This document shows, piece after piece, positions 8,542-18,406 of a stretch of DNA of 64,000 bases. The stretch covers positions 1,838 to 65,837 of the forward strand of contig JAPLJA010000080.1 of NCBI GenBank assembly GCA_026388815.1, read 5' to 3'. Positions within the stretch are counted from its first letter, which is position 1. Each line of letters starts with the position of its first letter. Source of the DNA: Pseudomonadota bacterium (GTDB lineage: Bacteria; Desulfobacterota; WTBG01; JAPLJA01). The notes under the pieces are model-generated. The model made no database searches, was not told where the DNA came from, and saw nothing but the letters and a program-made list of their open reading frames with translations. A program made the position numbers and the translations under genes.

Positions 8542-9267
8542 ATGGTCGCAAACGAGAACGAAATATTAAAATACTGCTACTGGCTGGATGATCAATCCCT
8601 GGCCATGCTCAAGAAGCAGATGGAAGGGAAGGGCGTTGAAATGGGCAGGGCTGAAAAGAATCCCTGTGAGGCCTTGAAGATTAATGTTGCCCATGCAGAG
8701 CCTCACACCTGGGATGTCATCTGCAAACACGATGCAGCACCCTGGTACCATGCCTCTGAACATGGAGGAAAAAATCTTGTAGCCTCGTCCTTTCCCTTGG
8801 AACAGGAATATGAACAGTTCCTTGAAACCACCATTGAACTTTCTCCATTTAAGCCTGAAAGGCTTCCTTCAGAGGAAGATCTGAAACAACTGGCATTAGA
8901 CGAGACATATCTTTCGAGGCAGCCGGAAGACTGGGGAAAATTCCCTGCAGAGATGGGAGAGGCTATTGTGGAGGGCTTAAGCAAAATGATTGGAAAGCCC
9001 TTTGGAAAGTTCGAGGACCTCCTGCGCACTTGGACTGCCGTCCATGCCAATTTTGTGAATCCACGCTACCGGGCGGGCCAGGAATGTATGGAAGCGCCCT
9101 ACTCTGTGGCTGACACGACCCGTATCAGCAGTTGCTGTGTGGAGATTTTTAATCTTGTTGATACAAAAGAAAAGGCTATGCTGGTGAGGCCCTGCATAGG
9201 TGCTGTCATTGTAAATGTCCTGAAGAGGGATCAGTATTATCTGGTTCGTGTAGTGAGCAAGAGGTAG
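8542..9267 (+). CDS. Hypothetical protein, 241 aa
   Basis: Clean ORF with AGAGAGG upstream of the ATG. No motif recognised. Confidence 0.55.
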   Translation: MVANENEILKYCYWLDDQSLAMLKKQMEGKGVEMGRAEKNPCEALKINVAHAEPHTWDVICKHDAAPWYHASEHGGKNLVASSFPLEQEYEQFLETTIELSPFKPERLPSEEDLKQLALDETYLSRQPEDWGKFPAEMGEAIVEGLSKMIGKPFGKFEDLLRTWTAVHANFVNPRYRAGQECMEAPYSVADTTRISSCCVEIFNLVDTKEKAMLVRPCIGAVIVNVLKRDQYYLVRVVSKR

Positions 9268-9291
9268 TGCCCGGTTCTTGCCGGCCCCTTT

Positions 9292-10461
9292 TTATTCCTG
9301 TTTATCCTCATGAATCAATTCGATAATGGTCACCTCCGGAGGAGAGAGAAGGCGAATCGGCGGCCCCCACGTTCCTGCACCCCTGTTCACATTAAGATAC
9401 GCATTATTCCCGAGATTTACAAAGCCAGAATCAACCGGGTAAATGTAGTGGGTGAAGATGTTAAAAGGGAAAAACTGCCCTTTGTGGGTGTGACCGGAAA
9501 GCTGGAGATCAAAAAGGTCGGTTGAGCCTTTCTCCACCCGCGGCTGGTGTTTGAGCAGGATCGTAAAGTGTTCCCGGGGAAGCCGTGAGAGGAGCCAGGG
9601 TTCTGAAACCTCTTTCATCAGGCCGAGGCGCTTTCCAGCCTGATCATCATCTACACCGGCGATGTTGATCGCCCCGGCAATGGTTATCCCTTCTCCTCTC
9701 AGGACAGAGAATCCGGCATCCTGGATAAATTGTAGTGCATGAGGAAGCCCCGCATAGAACTCATGATTCCCTGCTACCGCAAATTTTCCGTACCGGGGGC
9801 GGATTTCCCTGAAAAGCTCAGCACACCCTGCAAGGTGGTTGATCTGTTCGTCCACGAGGTCACCGGTTGACACCACGATATCTGGTTTTGCCTTTTTCAC
9901 TTCTTCCAGGATTCTTGTTAATCTGCTCTCCCTGATAATCAATCCAAGATGAAGATCTGAGATCTGGGCTATGGTGAGCTTTCTTGTCTCCCGGGGGATT
10001 TTCGAGGTCTTTATCGTTATTCTTTCTGCGCGAACAGACTTTGCTTCGAGGTAACCGTATGTTGCTGTGAAGAGAGAATAGAGGAGAGGCAGAAAGAACA
10101 GATACCGCGTCGAGGGGATGAGCTGAGAAAAATCCCGGCGCAGGATAAGGCCGGCTGCATATACGAGAAGGCGGTAGAGATCAATCAGGAGCGAGCAGGT
10201 GAAGAACAGGAGCACGAATCCCATCCACAGGTACCCGACAAAAGCCAACAGGCGCGCCGGAGATTCAAAACCATACCTTACAGCAAAGCGCGTCAGGACG
10301 GGCATGGAGATCATGATCGCCATGACGAGTGCCAGGGAAACGCCAGGCCAGACGCCAAAGGCAAAAGCAGCCCTTGCCTTCAGGAAGATGTAGTAATGTA
10401 CCCCGCCATAGAGCAGGAGGAAGATGGTCATAAAAAGAATCACAGCAGCCTCTCTGTTCAT
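9292..10461 (-). CDS. Membrane-anchored metallophosphoesterase
   Basis: N-terminal TM helices, then ISDLHLG, TGDLVD, GNHEF and GHTHKG calcineurin-like motifs. Confidence 0.85.
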   Translation of the reverse strand: MNREAAVILFMTIFLLLYGGVHYYIFLKARAAFAFGVWPGVSLALVMAIMISMPVLTRFAVRYGFESPARLLAFVGYLWMGFVLLFFTCSLLIDLYRLLVYAAGLILRRDFSQLIPSTRYLFFLPLLYSLFTATYGYLEAKSVRAERITIKTSKIPRETRKLTIAQISDLHLGLIIRESRLTRILEEVKKAKPDIVVSTGDLVDEQINHLAGCAELFREIRPRYGKFAVAGNHEFYAGLPHALQFIQDAGFSVLRGEGITIAGAINIAGVDDDQAGKRLGLMKEVSEPWLLSRLPREHFTILLKHQPRVEKGSTDLFDLQLSGHTHKGQFFPFNIFTHYIYPVDSGFVNLGNNAYLNVNRGAGTWGPPIRLLSPPEVTIIELIHEDKQE

Positions 10462-10548
10462 GGATAATAAAATGGGTAGTTAGCTAAGGAATGAAGAGAG
10501 ACCCGGCAATTGGTATGAAGGGCAGTGGTTAATAGTTTTTTCTGAGGT

Positions 10549-11478
10549 TTAACCATACTCTTCCATAATCTCTTTGAGCATCTCCCGGTTGAACTCCTGC
10601 TCCACCAGTGGGCCCCGGTTCAGGACGGAAAAGTGTTCGTCAAAGGAAGGCCGGTCATTTTTATAAATGAGACCAAGGGGAATCCTGTCACCCCACTCCT
10701 GCGCTGTTTTCATGGCCTCCTCCCATTTGGAGGGGTCATATTCCGGGGGTAGATCATAGCATCGCTTTTTATACCAGGCAAAGGTATTCACCTTGTTGAA
10801 AGAAACACAGGGTTGGAGGATGTCAATGAGTGAAAACCCCCGGTGGACAATAGCCTGCTGAATCAGGGCAGAAAGGTGATCAGCCATCCCGGCAAAGGAG
10901 CGGGCGACAAAGCCGGCGTGCATGGCTACAGCCACTGCTACGGGATTGAAAGGGGTTGAGGGGGAGCCCTCAGGCTGGGCTTTGGTGATGAATCCCTCGT
11001 CTGAGGTTGGGCTGGCCTGCCCCTTGGTGAGGCCGTAAATCTGGTTGTTGTGGACAAGGAGCGTTACATCGATGTTTCGGCGGATGGCTGCGAGAAAATG
11101 GTTTCCGCCCTCACCGTAGGCACACCCGTCGCCAGTCTCAACGATAACCGTTAATGCATGGTTGGCAAGCTTGGCGCCGGTTGCAACCGGCAGAGCCCTG
11201 CCATGGAGGCCGTCAAAGAGGTTCACGTTCAGGTAGTGGGGTGCCTTGGCAGCCTGGCCGATGCCGGAGACGAACAGGATCTCTCGGGGTTTTCGGCCGC
11301 TCGCTGCAAGCGCCTGCTGCAGGGCCGTTAAGATAGAGAAGTTTCCACAGCCAGGGCACCAGGCAGTTTCTATCAATCGGTTATCGTTCATCGTTATTCG
11401 GTAGCGCTGCTCGTAAAAGATTTCCGTTTCATCATAGCTCACGCAGAATTGATTCCGGGGTGTGGGGCAATCCATCAT
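10549..11478 (-). CDS. 2-oxoacid:ferredoxin oxidoreductase, beta (TPP-binding) subunit
   Basis: WCPGCGNFSIL, GDGCAYGEGGNH and related motifs. The start may instead be ATG 11391 (MNDNRL...); the 11478 start overlaps the alpha gene by 47 nt. Confidence 0.85.
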   Translation of the reverse strand: MMDCPTPRNQFCVSYDETEIFYEQRYRITMNDNRLIETAWCPGCGNFSILTALQQALAASGRKPREILFVSGIGQAAKAPHYLNVNLFDGLHGRALPVATGAKLANHALTVIVETGDGCAYGEGGNHFLAAIRRNIDVTLLVHNNQIYGLTKGQASPTSDEGFITKAQPEGSPSTPFNPVAVAVAMHAGFVARSFAGMADHLSALIQQAIVHRGFSLIDILQPCVSFNKVNTFAWYKKRCYDLPPEYDPSKWEEAMKTAQEWGDRIPLGLIYKNDRPSFDEHFSVLNRGPLVEQEFNREMLKEIMEEYG

Positions 11479-13111
11479 AACGGAGCACCCTCTTTTCGAT
11501 ATGAAATCCGGTTTCCCGGCGGATCAAGCCTGCAAACTGCCCGGTTGCATTTCCTTCCACACATACCACCTTCCCTGCCTCCTGAAGGGCCGGCAGAAAT
11601 AGTTCGGGCACCAGGGGCCAGACCTGGGGAAAAGAGAGCGTCTTTACTCGCTTCCCCTCTCTCCTCATGATGGAGGCCGCCTCAAGAACCGCACCCCTGA
11701 TCGATCCCCATGAGACAAGCAGGATTTCTGGTTTCTCGTCCCCACTGATTTCCGGAGGTATCACTTCGCTCTGCATCCCCCGGTATTTCCTGAGCCGTTT
11801 TTCCACCATCTCCTTGCGGACCGAGAGGTCCTCTGTCAGGTGTCCGTCTTCTGTGTGTTCATCGCTTCCCGCAACAACGAGACGTTCGGTCATTCCCGGG
11901 AGGAGACGGGGAGAGATACCGCTCTCTGTTATGGCATAGCGCTTATAGGGAAGCGAGACAGGAACTGGTTCTCTCCCCGGCTGGATTGGCGATATGTCCT
12001 CAAGATGAAAAGGGAACACGGCCCGGTACGAGTCGGCGAGAAACTGATCCGTAAGGAGGAACACCGGACTCTGGTATCGCTCTGCAAATGCATGCGCCCT
12101 GCGGGTGAGATGGAAACATTCTTCAACGGTTCCGGGGGCGAAGATCGCCCGGGGAAACTCGCCGTGACCGGCGTGGAGAACAAACAGCAGGTCAGCCTGC
12201 TCGGTGCGCGTGGGCAGGCCGGTTGCCGGAGCAGGGCGCTGAGCAACGACAATTACCATCGGGGTTTCGGTCATTCCTGCCAGGCTTACGCCTTCCACCA
12301 TCAAGGCAAACCCGCCGCCGGATGTAGCCACCATGCTCGGTGCTCCGGCAAAGGATGCCCCGATAGCCATGTTGATGGCGGCAATCTCGTCCTCAGCCTG
12401 CTCTACAACCACCCCCATCTTTTTTGCCCGGGCTGCCAGGCTGAGACCAATAGAGGTGGATGGCGTCATGGGATAGAAGGCGTAGAATTTGAGCCCTGCC
12501 GAGAGAGCGCCCAGGGCAATGGCATCATTGCCGTTCATCATCAGGAACCGGCGAGGACTGAGAATCGAGGGAAGGTGCCCGCGTGATAAATCCTTGCCGG
12601 CAGTCCATTGAAAGGCCGCTGTTATCGCCTGCTGGTTTTCCCCGGCAAGGTCGGCGTGTTTCCTGCCGAAGAAGTCATCCATGGTCTGACCGATAATCCC
12701 TTCGTTGAGACCGAGGAGGGCACCGGTGACGCCGAGCGCTACGATGTTTGCATATCGCTCCGGAGCCAGTTGCCTGAAGGGGACTTTCAGGCAGGCGTCG
12801 TCATCACAGGCAGAAGTCTCATCAGCGATGATAAATCCCTGAGGCAGCAACTTTTCCCTGTGAAGGACAACGGTTTCTGCATTGAGTGCTACGAGGAAGT
12901 CAATAGATTCCTGCGGTGCGAGGATTTCTTCAGTGCCCACCCGGATCGAGAACGTGTTGTGCCCGCCCCGGATCCTTGACTGATAGCTCTGGGTGACGAC
13001 GATGGAATAGCCACTCCTCACCAGGCTCCGGGCGAGTATCTCACCCACTGTTACCAGCCCCTGTCCCGCCTCTCCGCCGATGAGGATATTAAACGCACTA
13101 TTGCTGATCAC
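11432..13111 (-). CDS. 2-oxoacid:ferredoxin oxidoreductase, fused gamma-alpha subunit
   Basis: N-terminal ILIGGEAGQGLVTVGEILA (gamma domain), followed by MNGNDAIALGALSAGLKFYAFYPMTPST (alpha domain). Confidence 0.85.
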   Translation of the reverse strand: MISNSAFNILIGGEAGQGLVTVGEILARSLVRSGYSIVVTQSYQSRIRGGHNTFSIRVGTEEILAPQESIDFLVALNAETVVLHREKLLPQGFIIADETSACDDDACLKVPFRQLAPERYANIVALGVTGALLGLNEGIIGQTMDDFFGRKHADLAGENQQAITAAFQWTAGKDLSRGHLPSILSPRRFLMMNGNDAIALGALSAGLKFYAFYPMTPSTSIGLSLAARAKKMGVVVEQAEDEIAAINMAIGASFAGAPSMVATSGGGFALMVEGVSLAGMTETPMVIVVAQRPAPATGLPTRTEQADLLFVLHAGHGEFPRAIFAPGTVEECFHLTRRAHAFAERYQSPVFLLTDQFLADSYRAVFPFHLEDISPIQPGREPVPVSLPYKRYAITESGISPRLLPGMTERLVVAGSDEHTEDGHLTEDLSVRKEMVEKRLRKYRGMQSEVIPPEISGDEKPEILLVSWGSIRGAVLEAASIMRREGKRVKTLSFPQVWPLVPELFLPALQEAGKVVCVEGNATGQFAGLIRRETGFHIEKRVLRYDGLPHTPESILREL

Positions 13112-13151
13112 CGATTACCTGAAAATCTGCATAAAGCATGAGAACAAGGTT

Positions 13152-13176
13152 GTAGGGGCGGGGCATGCCCCGCCCT
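13152..13176. repeat. GTAG-REP hairpin (GTAGGGGCGGGGCATGCCCCGCCCT) downstream of dfx; possibly terminator-like
   Basis: GC-rich palindrome preceded by GTAG. It belongs to the same family as the elements at 31897 and 53791-53934. Confidence 0.5.
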
Positions 13177-13232
13177 CTTAGAATTGTCGAAAAAATGTTG
13201 TGAGCAGAGAAGAATCTTATTCAGAACTCTAC

Positions 13233-13613
13233 CTATACTTTCCACAGACCATGCAGATTGCAATACGCTCTTGGGCTAATGTTCGTTGCTGCAATATCAA
13301 AGGTCGCTTCAGGGACATCGCCTGGCTTTAAGAACTGGCGGTAGGCCTTCCCGTCGGCGATGATCTCGATCCATTCGATGTAGTGCTTCTCTTCCATGGG
13401 ATGGGCAACGCTGCCGACCTTTACCTTCACCCCCGCTGCAGTCTTTTCAATGACCGGGACATGCTTTTCCTTTGATGCATCAACCGTGTTCTCCACAAAA
13501 AGTTTCATGGGCTCTCCGCAGCACACCAGCTTTCCAGCCCCTGCATGGAGGACCTCAACGATATTTCCGCACACCTCACATTTGTAGATTTGCTGTCTTT
13601 CTGTCATGGGCAA
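13233..13613 (-). CDS. dfx: Desulfoferrodoxin (2Fe superoxide reductase)
   Basis: [24 protein letters not shown] (desulforedoxin-like centre I) plus [13 protein letters not shown]...CNLHGLW (centre II). Confidence 0.9.
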   Translation of the reverse strand: MPMTERQQIYKCEVCGNIVEVLHAGAGKLVCCGEPMKLFVENTVDASKEKHVPVIEKTAAGVKVKVGSVAHPMEEKHYIEWIEIIADGKAYRQFLKPGDVPEATFDIAATNISPRAYCNLHGLWKV

Positions 13614-13663
13614 ACTCCTTTCTCTTTCTGTTTAATACCACCCCACCATTATGTATGGTCTGG

Positions 13664-15175
13664 TTATGGCCTTTTCTCTTTTTTTGTCCCCCGCAACTTA
13701 CATTCAAGCAGGTCAGACATCTCCTGGAGATTTTTGCTCAGATACCACCTGCCATTAGCGAAGGCACCGTAGTCAGCGCCGATCATCGCCGAGGCGAAGC
13801 GGGTGGAGTTGGCAAAAAAGAGCCACTGTTCTACCCACTTTTTTTCAATGGCCTCATTGAAAATACTGTCATTCTGAGCCAGCCCCCGGGCAACACCCTT
13901 TTCCCAGGCTGTACTCACGATCTTGGTGGCGCTCAGAGTCATCTCGTTTGTGGTCTTGATAGTGTTTTCAAAGCGATTAAACTGCTGCTCTACCCAGTCG
14001 GTGCTGTGGCAAGCGAGACAGGGCCGCTCCATGGTCTTCAGCCGCTTCTCTTGCTCCTTTGCATCGATCAGATACTCAGATGCCTGCTCGCCGGTGAGTT
14101 CGGTTGGCAAGGGCAGGCCGGCCTTGTTTTTTATGATCGTGGTATCGGGAGATACAGGGTGTGCATGGGCATAGATCAGGCCGAAGAGTCTCCAGGGCAG
14201 ACGGTCATTCATCGCGTGTGTCCGTTCTGAAACCACTGCACCGGCATGGGTTACCACCGAGCTTATGTGACACACTGCACAGGTTGGTGTTTTAAAGTCT
14301 TTTCCCAGAGTCCAGGGCACCGCCTTGAAATTCCATTCACCATTGAGGGCCGAATAAATGTTCCCGTGCTTGCTGACCATGTAGACATTATAAGCCGGCA
14401 CATCAGGGCCTTTATGGCATTCAGAACAGGTCTCCGGTTTTCGTGCCATCTCAATGGAGAAAGAATGCCGCGTGTGGCAGGGGGTGCAGGAACCCAGAGA
14501 GCTGTCCGGGTTGATCCTCCCCACTCCCTGGTTGGGCCAGCCGGACAGTACAGGGAAAGCCATCTCCCCCAGAGATGTTCCCCTCTTCTTCATGCCATTC
14601 ACCTTGATGGCAGTGCCGTGGCAGTACAGGCAGGAATCTGCATTCGTCTCGGCATCGGGGGTTTTGAGGGCCGTCTTCATGTTCTGAAAGGATTGTATGC
14701 CATTCACCGAATCAAGGAGCGAGTGATAGACCGGATTATTGTTCAGATTGCCATAGGCATGGGACATGAGGTTTCTGTCGTATTGATTGGTCTCAACCGG
14801 ATGACAGGCGGCACAGTCTTCTGGCGTTACAATAACGTGCACCCGATACCCGTTATGGTCAAACGTATCCTTGTGTTTTTCCGGGTTTGCCGTGTGGCAT
14901 TCTGCACAACCAACGGCTGTCTGAGCTGCACCCTTTGGTGCCTCGGTGATAGATACCCTCTTTTCTATGACAGGCTTTTGGAGCGCTTCCTCTACGGTGA
15001 CAGTAGCATGCCGGCTCTTAAACCAGTCCAGCACGATCCCAGGCGTGGCGGAATTGTGGCACCCCAGACACCCGCTGGAGACCGGGCTTACTTGAGGAAT
15101 GGCGAGTGCATTCCAGGGCCAGAAGAGACCGAGGCACAGACAGGTAACCGTCATCACCAATCCTTGTTTATTCAT
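13664..15175 (-). CDS. Secreted octahaem c-type cytochrome, hydroxylamine-oxidoreductase (HAO)-like
   Basis: Signal peptide plus eight CxxCH motifs: CLGCH, CAECH, CAACH, CLYCH, CTPCH, CSECH, CAVCH, CLACH. Confidence 0.8.
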   Translation of the reverse strand: MNKQGLVMTVTCLCLGLFWPWNALAIPQVSPVSSGCLGCHNSATPGIVLDWFKSRHATVTVEEALQKPVIEKRVSITEAPKGAAQTAVGCAECHTANPEKHKDTFDHNGYRVHVIVTPEDCAACHPVETNQYDRNLMSHAYGNLNNNPVYHSLLDSVNGIQSFQNMKTALKTPDAETNADSCLYCHGTAIKVNGMKKRGTSLGEMAFPVLSGWPNQGVGRINPDSSLGSCTPCHTRHSFSIEMARKPETCSECHKGPDVPAYNVYMVSKHGNIYSALNGEWNFKAVPWTLGKDFKTPTCAVCHISSVVTHAGAVVSERTHAMNDRLPWRLFGLIYAHAHPVSPDTTIIKNKAGLPLPTELTGEQASEYLIDAKEQEKRLKTMERPCLACHSTDWVEQQFNRFENTIKTTNEMTLSATKIVSTAWEKGVARGLAQNDSIFNEAIEKKWVEQWLFFANSTRFASAMIGADYGAFANGRWYLSKNLQEMSDLLECKLRGTKKEKRP

Positions 15176-15209
15176 CTCACGCCCCTTTCTTTGCCCCGCA
15201 GGACTTTTC

Positions 15210-16385
15210 TTAACTTCCTTTTATCTTCCGGGCAACCCTCTTTCCCAGTTCTTCGCAAGCGCTCAGGGCTTCGCGGTCCGGGACAAATTTAACCTGAAGC
15301 TCCTCTGCCATCTCCATGCCCGAAGCCTGCAACTCCGCCACCAGAGCCTTCACTGCCCCGCCACCCCAGCCGTAAGAGCCAAAGGCCGCGGATATCCTTC
15401 CCTTCGGACGAAGTCCTTTTATGTAGGTCGCAAACTCAGCGACCTTGGGGAAAAGGCCGTTGTTAATGGTAGGAGAGCCGAGTAAAAGCCCCCTGGTCTC
15501 AAGCACCTCTGTGACGATATCCGACTTGTCTGAGGTGCTCAGACGGTACATCCTGGCTGGTATCCCTTCCTCTGTTAAGCCCTGATAGATGGCTCTGGCC
15601 ATCTTTTCAGTGCTCCCCCACATGGTGTCATATACAATGAGCGCCTTTTTCTCCGCCTCTCCCTTTGCCCATTTTTCATAGGTTGCGGCGATGTCCGGGA
15701 TATGCTTTCTCCAGATGATGCCGTGACTCGGTCCAATGACATCAATCTCTATCCCCTTTAAGGCGTCGAGTGCCTTTAAGACCTGCGCCCCATAGGGCAT
15801 AACGATATTGGCATAGTACTTGGTTGCTTCAGGCAGGATACAATCGAAGCCCAGCTCGTCATCAAACCGCTCAGTGGAGGCGATGTGCTGACCAAAGGCG
15901 TCGTTGGGGAGGAGAACCTTGTCCTCCCTGACATAGGTTACCATCGAATCGGGCCAGTGGACCATCGGCGTTTCCACAAAGGTAAGTGACTTTCCTCCCA
16001 GATCGAGGACGTCCCCGGTCTTCAGAATGGAAAGGGCAAGATCTTTTCCGTAGTGAAGCCTGAGTTCTTCCTCTGCTCTTGGACTGCAAAATACCTTTAT
16101 GTGGGGGAGGGCCTGCTTGAGCAGAGGCAATGACCCGGAGTGATCCATTTCCACATGATTGACTATCAGATACTCTATCTTCGCCGGGTCGATGATCTCC
16201 CGGATCCTGGAGAGCATTTCCTCGAAAAAGGGCGCCTTGACCGTATCCACTAAGGCTACTTTTTCTCCCATAACCAAATAGGCATTATAGGTGGTGCCTC
16301 TCCTGGTGGTGTAGCCGTGGAAATCTCTGAGGTTCCAGTCTATGGCGCCAACCCAGTAAATCCCGTGTTTGAGTGCTACCTTCAT
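15210..16385 (-). CDS. Flavodiiron protein (rubredoxin:oxygen/NO oxidoreductase type)
   Basis: MBL-like diiron domain (VNHVEMDHSGSLP) plus a C-terminal flavodoxin domain (ALIVYDTMWGSTEKMA). Confidence 0.9.
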   Translation of the reverse strand: MKVALKHGIYWVGAIDWNLRDFHGYTTRRGTTYNAYLVMGEKVALVDTVKAPFFEEMLSRIREIIDPAKIEYLIVNHVEMDHSGSLPLLKQALPHIKVFCSPRAEEELRLHYGKDLALSILKTGDVLDLGGKSLTFVETPMVHWPDSMVTYVREDKVLLPNDAFGQHIASTERFDDELGFDCILPEATKYYANIVMPYGAQVLKALDALKGIEIDVIGPSHGIIWRKHIPDIAATYEKWAKGEAEKKALIVYDTMWGSTEKMARAIYQGLTEEGIPARMYRLSTSDKSDIVTEVLETRGLLLGSPTINNGLFPKVAEFATYIKGLRPKGRISAAFGSYGWGGGAVKALVAELQASGMEMAEELQVKFVPDREALSACEELGKRVARKIKGS

Positions 16386-16409
16386 ATTCTTCCCTTTCCT
16401 TCTCCGCGA

Positions 16410-17093
16410 TTATCCCTGTGCTTCGAACTGGTCTTTTCCTGCCCCACATACCGGGCAGACCCAGTCAGCAGGAAGTTTCTCAAAAGGGGTATTGGGAGCG
16501 ACCCCTGCTTCGGGATCCCCCTGAGACGGATCATATTCATAGCCACAGACTTTACAGGTGTATTTTTTCATTGCCCTCTCCTCCTTTTTTATTTCTACAT
16601 ACGTAGGTGCTGTTTTGGGGGTCGTTCCTCGTTTTGTCTGATGGTAGTAGGCATAGGTCATGGGCTCGCCTTCCCTCAAGACCTCAGCATCTGTAATTAC
16701 TGCCACAAAAATGGTGTGTGTTCCGACATCCACATCCTTGACGGTCTTCCCCTCTAAGTAACACAGGACATTCTCGGTAAGATAAGGGCAGCCGTTCCTG
16801 CCCACCCGGTAAGGAGTATCGGCGAATTTGTCTACATCCCTTCCGGACTTGAATCCAAACCCTCCAATGAGGTTTAACGGGGCATCCTGAGAAAGGATGG
16901 AAAGGGTAAACACCCCGCTGTCCTTAATAAACTCATGGGTGAGATTGTTCTTGTTAAGTGCCAGGGCAATTTGAGGAGGGTCTGAGGTTACCTGCATCAT
17001 GGCATTGGCTACCTGGCCGTTGAAACGCCCCCCTTTTTTGGAGCTTATAATGTAAACACCGTAGCTTATTTTGAAAAAACTTTTTGGGTCCAT
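16410..17093 (-). CDS. Flavin-reductase domain fused to C-terminal rubredoxin (high-molecular-weight rubredoxin type)
   Basis: N-terminal flavin reductase-like domain. The C-terminus [12 protein letters not shown]...[14 protein letters not shown] has two CxxC rubredoxin knuckles. Confidence 0.85.
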   Translation of the reverse strand: MDPKSFFKISYGVYIISSKKGGRFNGQVANAMMQVTSDPPQIALALNKNNLTHEFIKDSGVFTLSILSQDAPLNLIGGFGFKSGRDVDKFADTPYRVGRNGCPYLTENVLCYLEGKTVKDVDVGTHTIFVAVITDAEVLREGEPMTYAYYHQTKRGTTPKTAPTYVEIKKEERAMKKYTCKVCGYEYDPSQGDPEAGVAPNTPFEKLPADWVCPVCGAGKDQFEAQG

Positions 17094-17144
17094 ATGGTTC
17101 TCCTCAGCGGGCTGATAAATGGCACGCCATTTAAGCTAAGCCCT

Positions 17145-17342
17145 TCAGGATGTTTTTTTGTTTTGCTTCGGGCTCTGGATCAGGCGAGGATCAATGTTGC
17201 CTGACTCCGGCCCGCCGCAGTCAGGGGTATAACAGGTGGCGTTAATGAAGGTGCACTTCTGCTTGCAGGATGGACAGGTGTTTGGCACCTCTTCGGCTGC
17301 AAAGACATAACCACAATTGTTGCAACTCCATTGGTTCTTCAT
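17145..17342 (-). CDS. Small Cys-rich zinc-ribbon / rubredoxin-like protein (65 aa)
   Basis: CNNCGY...CPSCKQKC...CYTPDCGG. It sits between the rbr and hrb-like genes on the same strand. Confidence 0.45.
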   Translation of the reverse strand: MKNQWSCNNCGYVFAAEEVPNTCPSCKQKCTFINATCYTPDCGGPESGNIDPRLIQSPKQNKKTS

Positions 17343-17379
17343 GGTTGCCTCCTTTCAGGGAATTTTTATTCTATAGTTC

Positions 17380-17952
17380 TTACCAATTCTCTGCCAGGAT
17401 TTCATAATAGTCCCGGGGATGATCGCACGCCGGGCATTTATCCGGCGCCTCTTTACCTTCGGAGACATATCCGCAGTTAAGACAACGCCACTTGACAACC
17501 TTATCCTTCTTGAATGCGGTCCCCGCCTCAACATTGGCAAGCAGGCCACGATACCTTCTCTCGTGCTGCTTTTCGGCGACGGAGATGGCATTGAATATCT
17601 TGGCAATATCGGTGAACCCTTCCTCCTGGGCAACTTTGGCAAAAGATGGGTACATCTCGTTCCATTCATAGTGTTCTCCCGCAGCAGCACCCTTAAGGTT
17701 TTCCGAGGTCGTGCCTATGAGACCGGCAGGAAAGGCTGCCCGAATCTCAACCTCACCACCTTTAAGCAGTTTAAATAGTCTTTTGGCATGCTCTTTCTCC
17801 TGATTGGCTGTTTCCTCAAAGATGAGAGCGATCTGCTGGAACCCATCCTTTCTTGCCTGGCTGGCAAAGAAGGTGTAACGATTCCGTGCCTGCGATTCTC
17901 CGGCAAAAGCCGTCAGAATGTTTATTTCAGTCCGTGACCCCTTTAATCCCAT
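17380..17952 (-). CDS. rbr: Rubrerythrin
   Basis: LKGSRTEINILTAFAGESQARNRY...EKEHAKRL (diiron four-helix bundle) plus C-terminal WRCLNCGY...CPACDHP rubredoxin-like site. Confidence 0.9.
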   Translation of the reverse strand: MGLKGSRTEINILTAFAGESQARNRYTFFASQARKDGFQQIALIFEETANQEKEHAKRLFKLLKGGEVEIRAAFPAGLIGTTSENLKGAAAGEHYEWNEMYPSFAKVAQEEGFTDIAKIFNAISVAEKQHERRYRGLLANVEAGTAFKKDKVVKWRCLNCGYVSEGKEAPDKCPACDHPRDYYEILAENW

Positions 17953-18406
17953 AAGAACCTCCTTTTTTCATTTTCTTCCGAGTGCCCGTTCTCTTGTCTT
18001 TGCACCGGGGGCAGACCCCGAGAAACTCCAGTCTGTGGCCGAGAATTTCGTACTCGCTCGTTTTGCACAGATCCTGTTCTATAGAAGTCAGGATGCTGCA
18101 CATTACATCGTCTACGCAGCCACAGGAAACACAGCGAATGTGGTAATGATTTTCTGCGTTTCCGTCAAAGCGTTTTTGGGCGCGGCCCAGTTCTAATTTT
18201 TGGATTAATCCTGACGCAGAGAGAATCTCCAGGTTGCGGTAAACCGTCCCCAGGCTTATCCGGGGCAGACGCCCCCTGGTCATTGCATAGACCTGGTCAG
18301 CGGTAGGATGGGTATGTACTTTTTTGAGTTCGTCGAGGATGACCTGTCGCTGACGGGTCATCCTGAATTTTTGGTGCAACGACAATGGCAAATCCTTAAT
18401 TAACAA
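17927..18406 (-). CDS. Fur-family regulator, PerR-like
   Basis: RMTRQRQVILDEL...HPTADQVY...GTVYRNLEIL...HYHIRCVSCG...CPRC. It heads the oxidative-stress operon. The track start is TTG; an alternative ATG lies at 18361. The 3' end overlaps rbr by 26 nt. Confidence 0.8.
   Translation of the reverse strand: MLIKDLPLSLHQKFRMTRQRQVILDELKKVHTHPTADQVYAMTRGRLPRISLGTVYRNLEILSASGLIQKLELGRAQKRFDGNAENHYHIRCVSCGCVDDVMCSILTSIEQDLCKTSEYEILGHRLEFLGVCPRCKDKRTGTRKKMKKGGSYGIKGVTD

Noticed and set aside
11840-12586. 248-aa plus-strand ORF inside the oxidoreductase alpha gene; similarly 18972..19784 inside the CoADR gene
   Set aside because: Both lie antisense to strongly supported genes. Their composition is Arg/Gly/Ser/Pro-rich, as expected from reverse frames.
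13472-15292. Long plus-strand ORFs (13472..14230, 252 aa; 14246..15292, 348 aa) across the cytochrome gene
   Set aside because: They lie antisense to a minus-strand gene with a signal peptide and eight CxxCH motifs. Their translations are low-complexity and Pro/Gly/Arg-rich with no motif. They are typical shadow ORFs in GC-rich coding DNA.
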